64,000 bases of DNA from the NCBI RefSeq assembly GCF_011386835.1, contig NC_088795.1, positions 30,132,001 through 30,196,000 on the forward strand, written 5' to 3'. The number at the start of each line of letters is the position of its first letter. Within the stretch, counting starts at the first letter, position 1. The notes below the pieces were generated by a model, which saw only the letters and a program-made list of their open reading frames with translations, searched no databases and was not told where the DNA came from. The DNA comes from Chrysemys picta bellii. Taxonomy: Eukaryota. Of the stretch, positions 1 to 10,299 are shown in pieces. Both the position numbers and the translations under genes were made by a program.

Positions 1-135
1 TATGTGTGTATATATATCTCCTCAATATATGTTCCATTCTATATGCATCCGAAGAAGTGGGCTGTAGTCCACGAAAGCTTATGCTCTAATAAATTTGTTA
101 GTCTCTAAGGTGCTACAAATACTCCTGTTCTTCTT
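1..135 (+). mobile_element. Penelope-like element terminal repeat (pLTR), cut by the window edge
   Basis: The sequence gcatccgaagaagtgggctgtagtccacgaaagcttatgctctaataaatttgttagtctctaaggtgc is the terminal motif I recall from turtle Penelope-like elements. Confidence 0.75.
45..84 (+). ncRNA. Minimal type I hammerhead ribozyme motif within the Penelope pLTR
   Basis: Stem I GCAT(45-48)/ATGC(81-84); core CCGAAGA+A (49-56, a U4-to-C variant of CUGANGA); stem II GTGGGC-tgta-GTCCAC (57-72); GAAA (73-76); palindrome AAGCTT (75-80) in place of stem III. Confidence 0.65.
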
Positions 136-410
136 TCCACTAATTTGGGAATTCTTGCCCTGAGATTCCAATGAAGCGGGGAAGATGGGCAGGGAGTGTG
201 AACATGCAGAGACTTCTCTTGTAAGAACTTCAGTTACAGGTAAGTAACCTTCATTTCTTCTTCGAGTGGTCTCTGCATATTCCCACTTGTGGAAGTTAAC
301 AAGCAGCAGAAACTCCAAGAAAGTGGGCTGAGGTGTTCTAGGTAAACAAGGACTGCAGAACGGCCAGAACAAGCATCAGCTCCGGATGCCAGGTCAAGAA
401 TGAATAGATC
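136..410 (-). mobile_element. DIRS1-like retrotransposon 3' end (tyrosine recombinase C-terminus plus ICR/ITR)
   Basis: The minus strand gives a degraded LDLASGADA..GRS.LQSLF recombinase tail. The plus strand has the DIRS terminal signature cagttacaggtaagtaacc..ttcttcttcgagtg at about 231-269. Confidence 0.7.
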
Positions 411-943
411 AAGCTTCTCACTTCCCCAAGATAAGTTTTAACTGAAGGAAATTTTTTTGCTAAAAACAACGTATGTAGCTTCTTATCTGTCATGCAGCAT
501 GGTGTGATGAAGAAAGCATATGGGCATGCTGTGGACGTGGCCTTTCTCCTCTCTCAGTGGTGCAGCAAGGGCTCCCGCCCTCAGGCTTCCAGTTCCCCAG
601 CTGTTGCCTTTCTGGGTGGAGACCCCCATCTCTCTCCCTTCTGAATGGGCTGTTTCCAGACTGCACAGTTCCCTGCTTTCACAGTGCATTTTGCAGCACT
701 GACAGGTTGCCAAAGGGCACCTGCTGACTGTCTCTTTAGACAGTCTACTTACCATAGGGTAAGTAACTGTTCTTTATTTTTTCTGAATAAGGACTTCAGG
801 ATTTTGTTCAGTATGAATTAAACTCTGGCAATTCTACATTATGTCTGGTTATTGTATAATAAATTTACTGGTGATTGCGCAATAATGTTGGCAGCCATTT
901 TAAGTTTGGCCTAGCTCCTTTCCACTGCCTAGATCATAATATA

Positions 944-1134
944 ATATATGGAGATATACCTATCTCATAGAACTGGAAGGGACCCCGAAAGGTCATCGAG
1001 TCCAGCCTCCTGCCTTCACTAGCAGGACCAAGTACTGATTTTTTGCCCCCCATCCCTAAGTGGCCCCCTCAAGGATTGAACTCACAACCCTAGGTTTAGC
1101 AGACCAATGCTCAAACCACTGAGCTATCCCTCCC
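944..1134 (-). mobile_element. Turtle tRNA-derived SINE with CR1 3' tail (tortoise polIII/Cry-type)
   Basis: The reverse complement starts GGGAGGGATAGCTCAGTGG (A box), has GTTCAATCC (B box), and ends in a CR1-like tail gatgacctttcggggtcccttccagttctatgag. Confidence 0.9.
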
Positions 1135-2858
1135 TTAAACCAGATTGCCTCTCACCTCTAATCCTCTGGTTTTACAGATTACCTACTTCCTCGATCCTTA
1201 CTTCCTTCACAATTTACACTCCATAGTCTTCCCACCCCACTCTACTGTATAGTTTTTTCTATCTAATATATCCCCATCTTCATGTGTATCTGAGTGGCTA
1301 CGTGTTGTATAGCTTGCTATTCTCCAGGATGTGGGTGAGGGTGGATTTTTTGTTTTTTTGTTTCAGTAGGATTTCCTCCAGTCCTCTAACATGAAAGAAA
1401 AAAGCCGGTTTAATGCAGGATGCTACAAGTTTATATGCATATATTAAAAAGATTACAAATGATAAGCACATCTACTTACCATGAGGTGGTGAACTGCCAC
1501 CATGACCCCCAAAAGCCCCTTCTCTTGCATTACCCCCTGTTCTCAGTAGCTACATACATGAGAGGGGTAAGCTTGGAATAAAGAATTTCTCGGTATAAAT
1601 TTGGATTAACCTGCATAACTCATATGTGGCTACACTATGCATTAGTAATGTTTCCATCTCTATCTCATGCCTATAAAACGTAAATATGAACCTGAACAGA
1701 TAGATAGATATGAACATACAGAGCACAGACAGTTAACAACCTAGGGATAATATAAGGTTCCTCTGAAACAATTCCTACATGAATCCTTCATTTAAAATGT
1801 GCTGTGTTTTCATGAAGTATTAGCTTTGGTTTCATCGTTACAGCTTTCTGGGGAAGGGGGAAAAGAAAATAACATATGAGGATCTTCTCTAAATTAGGAT
1901 GATAGTTTCTTTTCAAAGAGAAACTGTAATGAGTCATCGCTACACATTTTTAGAGCCATTTACTGCAGGTATTGCTCAGGAATAGATAAAAGGCATTCTA
2001 GTGCTCAGCCCTTTTTCAGAGAGAGGGTTTTTTTGCTGATGGCATAAGAGTGCCCCCTATTGGAGTTCCGAGAATGAAAATGCCCACTGAGACAGAAACG
2101 TCGAAACAGACTGTCTATTTCTCACATTATTGCAGACTTTTTATCCACCACAGTAGATGTTTTACAATATATTTTTATAGATAAGAAATCCAGAGTACAC
2201 AGTAGATGATAATTATGTAGCCGGTTTACATGAACATAGTATCACTTTTAAAACTTACTCGCTTGATGGAGTCCCCAAGACACACAAAATGTTTCTCACT
2301 CTAATCAGCAGCAGAAAGGTTTTAAGCATTAAGAGACATACATGGGATCACAACAACATAAAGGGAACCCCGATTCACTACTAAAACCTACTAGGGGAAT
2401 CTTCCGTTTGTTTGGGGACAGTAGGTAGACAGCAGTAGGCAAATGTAAACATTCGTCATTTCAGTGGCCTCAGAATCATCATTAATAAATTGTGCTAAGT
2501 ATGTTTGTGACATCTGTCCAAGTGTTTTTAAAACCACTGATTTAAAAATGAACTGTCTACCAGCTGCTGTTTTTAATATCACTTTCTCTGCACAAGCTTC
2601 TAATATATTGCTGTCTAAAAAATTAAATCTGGGATATTATTAATTCTGCCTACAGCTTTTTAAATAGAAAGTGAAAGCTAAACATGAATGCAATGGGCAG
2701 CCAGAAAACACAATATATGGAATATGGGGAATATGGAAGGTGGAAGCAGAGGCTCAGGAAACCTTTTTTTTGTAAGGCATTAGCATGAATTACAAAAGAT
2801 GATATACAATAGAACTGTATGTCATGAGCTGTAAAAGTACATCTGGGGATCCTTTCAT

Positions 2859-4437
2859 CAGAGCCATCCCTTGGGTACTGCGAATCGGGGCAACCGCCCC
2901 GGGCCCCACACTTTGGGGAGCCCCGCGCGTCAAGAAAATCATGAGGAGCGGACGGGGAGATGAGGCAAGAGACGGGAGGGTGAGGAGGCGAACGGGGAGG
3001 CGAGCAGCAAGTGGGTGGGGGGGGAGAGGGATCCCTCCTACCAGAACCTCCCCTCCCCCCGCGCCTCCTGCTTCCCAGCGGGCCCCACCGATCAGCGCCT
3101 CCACCTCCCTCTCAGCGCCTACCACCAGCCATGGATCAGAAGTTTAGCTGCTTTCGCAGTGTCAGGAGGCACTGGGGGGGTGCACAGCGCACTTGGGGGA
3201 GGGGGCAGAACTGGGCAGGGAAGAGGCTGGGGGGCGGAAAGAGGCGGGACGGGGGTGGGGACAGGATCTGGGGGAAGCATCTCCTTAGGTAGGGTTACCA
3301 TATTTCAACAATCAAAAAAGAGGATGGGAGGAGCCCCGCCCTAGCCCCGCCCCCGTCCTGCCCTAGCCCCGTCCCTGCCCCTTCCACTCCCTTCCACTTC
3401 CCGCCCCCTCAGAACCCCCAACCCTCCCCCCCACTCCTTGTCCCCTGACTGCCCCCTCCTGAGACCTTCCCCACATCCTAACTGGCCCCCTAGGACCCTA
3501 CCCCCTACCTGTCCCCTGACTGCCCCAACCCTTATCCACACCCCCACCCCCTGACAGCCCCCCCCCCAGAACTCCTGACCCATCTAAACCCCTCTGCTCT
3601 CTGTCCCCTGACTGCCCCCTCCTGGGACCCCTGCTCCTAACTGCCCTCCAGAACCCCACCCCCTATTTATGTACAGTCATGACTACCTGCCCTTTCCTGG
3701 TTACTATACGCGGCCAGTCCGCATCCACATCCAGTAGTTAAAAAAAAAATAAACTAATAATTTAAATTGGAATTTCATCCATTAATAAGTATTTATTATA
3801 TAGTTAAAACCATTCTATTGAAGGACAGATATTAAATAACACTAAATATGTTAATGTAAGCCTCCCTGTGCCTTGTCCCCTAACTGCCCCCTCCTGAGAC
3901 CCCCCCCCACCTGTACTCTGACTGCCCCAACCTTTATCCACACCCCCAACCCCCAGACAGCCCCCCCCGAACACCTGACCCATCCAACCCCCCCCCGCTC
4001 CCTGTCTCTTGACTACCCCCTCCAGAACCTCCCTGCCACTTCTCTGACCCCCTGGCCCCCTTACCGTGCTGCAGAGCAGCGTGCTCGGCAGCAGGGGGAG
4101 GGGAGCAAGGTCGGAGCTCCAGACTGCCGGAGGTCCGAGGCGAACGGCCGGCCGGCGATCTGCGAATGCAGGGAGGAGGGGAGGGGGGGAGAGAGAGGAG
4201 GGGAGTGGTCTCAAGTTGCAGGGGAGAGGAGGGGGAAGTGGAGGAAGGGCTCTGGTTGCCGGAGCCTCGTGCGATGGCATGATCCGGCCAGCTGCCCTGT
4301 AAGCCGCGCGTGCTCTGCATGGGGGGGGAAATCCGGACATTTACAAATTCCCCCCGGATGCTATTTTTAACTCAAAAAAGCCGGACATGTCCGGGGGAAT
4401 CCGGACGAATGGTAACGCTACCTTAGGGATGGCCCTG
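2859..4437. mobile_element. Non-autonomous hAT element (outer), Tip100-like TIRs
   Basis: TIRs CAGAGCCATCCCT / AGGGATGGCCCTG, with a perfect 8-bp TSD CCTTTCAT at 2851-2858 and 4438-4445. Confidence 0.92.
3290..4420. mobile_element. Nested hAT (Blackjack-like) non-autonomous element
   Basis: TIRs TAGGGTTACCAT / ATGGTAACGCTA, flanked by CCTTAGG at 3283-3289 and 4421-4427. The interior is C-rich degenerate repeats. Confidence 0.85.
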
Positions 4438-4498
4438 CCTTTCATGGTTTATAATATAGTGCTATAGTACATTTTGGTCAAAGTCAAAAAACAGGTAG

Positions 4499-5536
4499 TG
4501 TTGCAGGATAGTTGTGCCATTAAAGGAAACTGGGCTTGGCTCTCCTGTTCCAGTCCAGGTGGATGATGATGAGGGCAGGGCAGCACCTGGGGACTATGTC
4601 TACACTGCAATTAAAAACATGCAGCTGTCCCGTGCTAGCTGACTCAGGTTTGTGGGGGTTGGGCTGCAGGGCTGTTTCATTGCAATGTAGACTTCCAGGC
4701 TCAGGCTGCAGCCCAAGCTCTGGGACCGTCCCACCTCACAGGGTCCTAGAGCCTGGGATCCAGCCTGAGCCCAAACGTCTACACTTCGATGAAACAGCGC
4801 CCAAGCCCACAAGCCCAAGTCAGCTGGCACAGGCCAGCCATGGTTGTCTAATTGCAGTGTAGACATACCCAATAAGGTTTTGTGAGCAAGAGACCAGGAG
4901 AGTCAGAGCAGACTGGAAGGGCAGGAGATAAGAGCTGCCAGAGACAGAAGGTGGTTCCTGGGAGAAGGATGAAGACAGGAGAGCAGCCAGAAGGTTTTGC
5001 TGGCTGACAGGTCTTAACCCAGAGAGCCAGGGCTGGAGAAGGCTGAAGGTGACAGCAGCAGAAGAGGGAGATGCCTGCTGGCTCTAAGCCAGAGAGATGG
5101 AGCCAATGGCCATAGGGGGCTGAAGGAAAGGGGAGCAGTGAAGGGGCTTACCCACTGATGTCTCTTTGGAACAGTGGGGAGTGAAGGAATGGGGAGTGAG
5201 AGGTGCTCCCAGCAGAGAGGCTGTGGGAGCTCCCACTGGGAAGAACAAGATTGCACACATGAAGGAAGGGCTGGACTCTCCTGGCAAAGGGATGGAGATG
5301 TGGCAAAAGACACTGGCATATGGTGAGAACAAAGCTGGATTATTTAAGGACTAATTTCACTGGGGTGACATGCTGTGGGACATTTGTGCTATGTATTATT
5401 AATAAATGTTGATGGACTTGAGAACATGTTTGCATGGATTTGCTGGGGATCCAAGAGGGAAACTGGGGTGAGGGACCACATGCAGGGCTGCCCCTAAGCC
5501 AGGAGGGAGCACCTGGGAAGAGGTTTCATGTCTACA
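4499..5536 (+). mobile_element. Probable solo LTR (Gypsy-like) interrupted by a MITE
   Basis: TG..CA ends (tgttgcag..tctaca), near-matching 4-bp flanks GTAG/GAAG, and an internal AATAAA at 5401. Confidence 0.55.
4590..4870. mobile_element. PIF/Harbinger-type palindromic MITE
   Basis: Long TIRs ctatgtctacactgcaatta / taattgcagtgtagacatac and an internally palindromic body. Confidence 0.8.
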
Positions 5537-5971
5537 GAAGGCATGTGGGAGACAAAAGCTAAAATTTTCAAATATGGATAGGTAAAATTAGACTACTAAG
5601 GCTGTATTTGGCACATACGTGAACTGATTTTCAAAAGTGCTGAGAACCCCACAGCTGCCATTTATTTTGCTTTACTATTAAGGATAAGAAACCTTTTATA
5701 TTCAGTGGAAGCTGCTAGGTGCTCAGTATTTTTTAAAATAAGGCCATTTATTTAGTTACCTCATTCTTGGCTCCCAGTCTCAAAAACTTTAGCAAAAACT
5801 ATGAAGAAGAAATGAGAATGCAGTGCTTCCCCTAGAAGCCATCTGTATGGGCTTTAATAGGAACTGTGGGAAATCAGGCCACTTTTATTTAGGCGCCTAA
5901 ATTGAAAATCTTGGCATCAGACTGCAGCTTTTTGGAGTCTGAAGACTGAAAACAACTTGTCTATGTTGCAG

Positions 5972-6238
5972 CAAGGAAATGGGATGAAGACAGAAAGGAA
6001 AGAGATGAGATTTCTGGTCATCTGGAAGTATACGGTGGAGAAGAAGATAAATCTGAGGACGATGAAGAGGATCCGTATACTTTTGCCGAGTTGGATGAAA
6101 GTGTGTATGATATGATACTGGCATCTGATGAGGAGAAAAGAAAGCAACACGGATCCTTTATTATAAACCGGCCACCAGCACCTACCCCTCGTCCATTGAG
6201 TTCCCCTAAAGAAGAGAACACTCCCTATATAGTACAAG
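5972..6238 (+). CDS. BANK1: BANK1 internal coding exon (equivalent to about human exon 10), acidic and proline-rich region
   Basis: Acceptor ttgtctatgttgcag|, donor caag|gtaagg, 267 nt, phase 1-1. Reads ..EDDEEDPYTFAELDESVYDMILASDEEKRKQHGSFIINRPPAPTPRPLSSPKEENTPYIVQ, matching the recalled human BANK1 segment EEEEDPYTFAEIDDSEYDMIL..SFIINRPPAPTPRPTSIPPKEETTPYIAQV. An in-frame TGA at 5947 rules out a longer upstream acceptor. Confidence 0.96.
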
Positions 6239-6729
6239 GTAAGGTTAGTTTAAAGATATTTACTGGCAGATAAGTGTTGCTCCGGGTAGAGTTGTCTGTT
6301 GTGAATGATGAATATTAATTTTCTAAAGATTATCTTCTACTTGAGGCTGAGGTCCTTGGCCTATTAATAAACTTGAATCAACCTATTCTCTCTTTGAAAC
6401 AAACTGAAAAAGTATCCAAGTTGTTGCTAATTTCAATTTTGCATCTAAAAGGATGCTGCTTTAAAAAAAAAACTAATCAAAATTACTTAAAATAGTAACA
6501 CAATATGATGGAAGATGAAAAATTACTAGACCAAATACTCAGCTGGTGTAAATCAGTGGAGCTACACCAGTTTACACCACCTCAGGATTTGGCCCATTCT
6601 GTTCGGTGTGTCCTTCAAGCGGTTAACAAAGGGTGCAATATATTGCCCAAGTAACAATATAAAAAAAAATCTTTCCTTTCCCCAACCCCAGCTTCAGAAC
6701 TTTCTTTACTGTGGTTCTTCCCTTAAATC

Positions 6730-7245
6730 CTATTTACCCCATTTGGAGTTACATTTTGAGACCTACCATTTAGCCAGCTTTTAACCCATTTAATGTATGC
6801 CCGGTTAATTTTTAATCTAAATGTTGTACAATGCCAAATCAAACACCTTACAGAAATCTATGTATATACACTCTTACCTTTATCAACACAACTTGTAAAT
6901 CATCAATAAAAGACATCAAGTTAGTTTGACAGGATCTATTCTCTAGAAGCCCATGCTGATTGGTATTAATTACATTATCCTCTTTTAATTCTTTATTAAT
7001 CAAAAGTCCCATATCAGCTTCTCCATTGCCTGGGATTGATGTCAGAGTGACAGGCCATAATTACCCAGGTCATCCTGTTTACCCTTTTTAAATATTGGTA
7101 CAACATTAGCTTTCTTCCTGTCTTCTGGAACTTCCCCAGTTCTCTAAGAGTAATTGAAAATCAACAATAACAGTTCAGCAAGTTCCTCAGCCAGCTTCTT
7201 TAAAACTCTTGGAGGCAAGTTATCCAAACCTGCTGATTTAAAATT
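6730..7245 (-). mobile_element. CR1 LINE reverse-transcriptase fragment
   Basis: The minus strand reads FKSAGLDNLPPRVLKKLAEEL..GEVPED.KKANVVPIFKKGK.DD.GNY, the CR1 pre-RT motif, with frameshifts. Confidence 0.87.
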
Positions 7246-9554
7246 CTGTCCATTCTTCTTTCATCTATCACAAATCATCAGTAAACCGTGTTGAACTTGG
7301 GAAGAAGATGTGGAAAACAGCATTTAGGAACTGATGTTTCAGTATCTATGATTAAATATTTCTGTATCCAGAGCGCATTTCCTTTCCTAGCAATCTTATT
7401 GTGGCATTAAATTAGCATTTTGAAATAAAGTATCTTAAAGGTTTTTGTATGCACAAATTGTCATTATGATAGTTAATGAGTGAACCTCAAAGATATAGAA
7501 GCTTATTTTGGTAGGAATAATTACACATAAATTAGGATGTGTATCTGAACTTTATCAAAGTGATCTGAAATTCCTGCTTCTGAAAAATTGGGTTGGAAAT
7601 CTCATGGGTGCAGACGTTCCAGTGAGATGTCTAGTACTTCCTGCTTTTGTTCTGTCAGAAATACTGTGAGAACAGTGTTTCCTCTTCTGTTTGAATTATT
7701 TGAAAAAGAAAAAAAAATCAGTGAAAAAGTTATCCTGATTTATTTTTTTAATTAAACAAAAATCATACCAAATTCAGTTTGAGTTTTGAGCTAAAGTTTG
7801 GGCAGGTTCTTAATTTATTCAAATCAGTTCATCCATCTCTAACAATTACAGAAAACATTATTCCACAATTGAAAAGCTCCTTTCTTCAGTTCAGTTTTAT
7901 GTAAATAAGGATGATTTTGAAATATAATACTGGAGTTTAAACTATGCTGAAGGGATGGAAATGAAAGAGAAAATGTATACAGTAGCGTGATTGGTGTTTG
8001 GCTGGGATGGGGCTAACACTCTGTCTCTAAAAAACAGAGTTACCTCAGGTGTGTCTACTCATTACAGACAAAGCCAAATATGGTTGAATGTAGCTGGACT
8101 CATCGGAGACCAGTTGAATTATGGGGCTGGCCATAAAAAAACGGAAGAGGTTGTTAAGAAGTGGTTTGTCAAATGGCTGGAAGTGTAGTTTGTTTTGTTT
8201 GGGATTTATGATTTGATTATTAATACACAGACATTTTAATTTTACTATGGGTAGTTTGGCATATTGTATTTTGCTGGCCTTTAAGTGTTTGTCTCCTAAC
8301 ATTTCCACAGAAATCTTAAGAGCTGTATAAAGAAAAGCCATTTTGCTACACTGAATATTCTGCATCTGCACCACATTCGCCAAAAGGATCTTTTCTTTTA
8401 CAGAGCTATTATGAATGGTTGTTGGTATCATCAGCATAAGCTATTTCCCTCTAGGTTTCTCAGAATTTAGCTGGATGTAAAAGAATTGCACTAATTTCTT
8501 AGAAAGTCATCACTTAATTAGAAAACTAATTTTCTTCCAGCTTGTATTCTCTGAGAGAGGACTTGGAAGATAAGATTCTTGTGGTATGTTTAATTTAAAT
8601 TCCCCATTCTCTTTATTAAGGACATAACCTTACATTTATCCAATAATGGCAAGAAAACCATAACAAAAGTCATGCCTTTCTTAAAGGCAGGGCTGGTAGC
8701 ACCACCTCTTATTAAGATTATCCAACACTTTACATTATAAGACCCTGATTTCAGTTTTTTGAAAAATTCAGCCAAAATGGTTCAGCTGTTTTGGAAAATG
8801 AGAATAGGGGAAAATACATTGTTTTGTCCATGTTGAAAGAGAGTTCTTTGAAATGCTATAGTGCCCCCATGCTGTGGAGTAGGGACTGACTGACTGGCGT
8901 CTAGTCAGTGAAGAGAAGGAATTCTGATTCATCTGATTCAAATGTAGAGGGGACAAAAACTGGATCTTTAGGAAGAGAAAGGAGTAGTTTGGGGCCAGGA
9001 GTCTTGTGAGTCTGGGATTGGAGGAGGGAGAGAAATTGTGACTGTGAGTTGGAAGGGGGAGGATTAGGACTGGCTGAGCAAGGAGGATGCAACTGGGAGC
9101 CATGTGGGGAACAACTGCTATCAGCTGCTCCATTAGCTATAATGGCAGAGGTTTGTGTGATGGATTAAAAGGTTCCAACCCTGCTGATGAACAGCAATGT
9201 GAGTTTCAATATGATGTCACAAGATGGAATTTGTTTTGTCAGTTGGTTTAAAAAGAAAAAAAAAACCTCAAACCTGCGTTAAAAGAACATTATTAATGTT
9301 GTAAATTCAAGCACTCAAAAGTTAGGAAATATCAGAATTAAGGTTGTCTGTAATTTGGCCCCCTTGTCCATATGCATCAATTACACGATCACGTTTTTTC
9401 CCCACAGGACACCTGGGTGATTCAGTCCACAAGCCTATTTGGTCCTGCTCTTGAGATGAATCAAGGTTGAGTAGTGTTGTTTGTAGGACCTTTGCATCAT
9501 TAGTTGCAGCAATATGGAAGATCTATACTGAATAAGACATGGGATTGCAGTAAT

Positions 9555-9960
9555 AGAAGGGATGGTCTCATGTTTAACACAGTTGAATGCTGCTCTGAAG
9601 AGTTGAATATTCTGTCCCTATTTCTGACACAGACTTTCTGTGTGGTGCTGAGCAAGTCACTTAAACCAAACTATTCACAAGTGGTCACTAATTGTGTGTT
9701 CCTCTTTTTCTAGCCCAACTTGAGATCATGGGGCCTGATCTTCAGAAGTGCTGAGTGCTCACATTTACAACTGAAGTAACTGGGAGCTGTGCTCTGAATG
9801 TATAAAGTGCTAAGTACTCTGAAAAATTGGCTCCTCGTGTCTCAATTTGGCATTCAAATTCAGTGGATAATTTTGACCTTAATCTCTGTGCTTCAGTTTC
9901 CCATCTGTAAAATGGGAATAACACCACAGTTTACCTCACAGGGGTGTTGCATGGGCAAGC
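9555..9960 (+). mobile_element. MIR-like CORE-SINE split by a MITE (9665-9878)
   Basis: The core caagtcacTTAA..TTAAtctctgtgcttcagtttcccatctgtaaaatggg is present, with TTAA at both insertion borders (9661-9664 and 9879-9882). Confidence 0.6.
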
Positions 9961-10299
9961 TTAATTACAGCATCTCCTAACTTCTGAGTGCTTGATTTGG
10001 AAAGAATAGTAAGGTTGCAATGTATTTTTGGTGTGAAATTTACTATGTAGACCACTTTGGGAAACTTTAGCTAAAAGGTGTTATTTAAATGTAAAATATT
10101 ATTGCCAGGGCCCTGATCCTGTATTGTGGACTGGAGAGGTGTAGCCCAATGGTGAGTGTGGGATAGTGGGGGCTTGTCCAGGATTCTGAATTGTTGTGGC
10201 CCTCAGATGCTCAGAATGACAGTCCCCTGTCAACAGGAAGTAGGTAACCTACTGGTCAGTGTGTGTTGTCCTCTTCTATACCGCATCCAGAGAGGATAC

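Noticed and set aside
944-1134. tRNA gene (also 16302-16483)
   Set aside because: The A and B boxes belong to SINE heads fused to CR1 tails, and there is no complete cloverleaf with an acceptor stem.
2391-2620. Minus-strand frame ending STYCPQTNG, resembling the integrase YHPQTNG motif
   Set aside because: Spacing to the upstream candidate DxGxQF motif is about 20 residues too long and no other integrase motifs are present.
2790-4370. Many overlapping 100-178 aa Pro/Gly-rich ORFs (also at 21171-21558 and 58195-58940)
   Set aside because: They lie within GC-rich hAT MITEs defined by TIRs and TSDs. Low-complexity GC sequence lacks stop codons in most frames.
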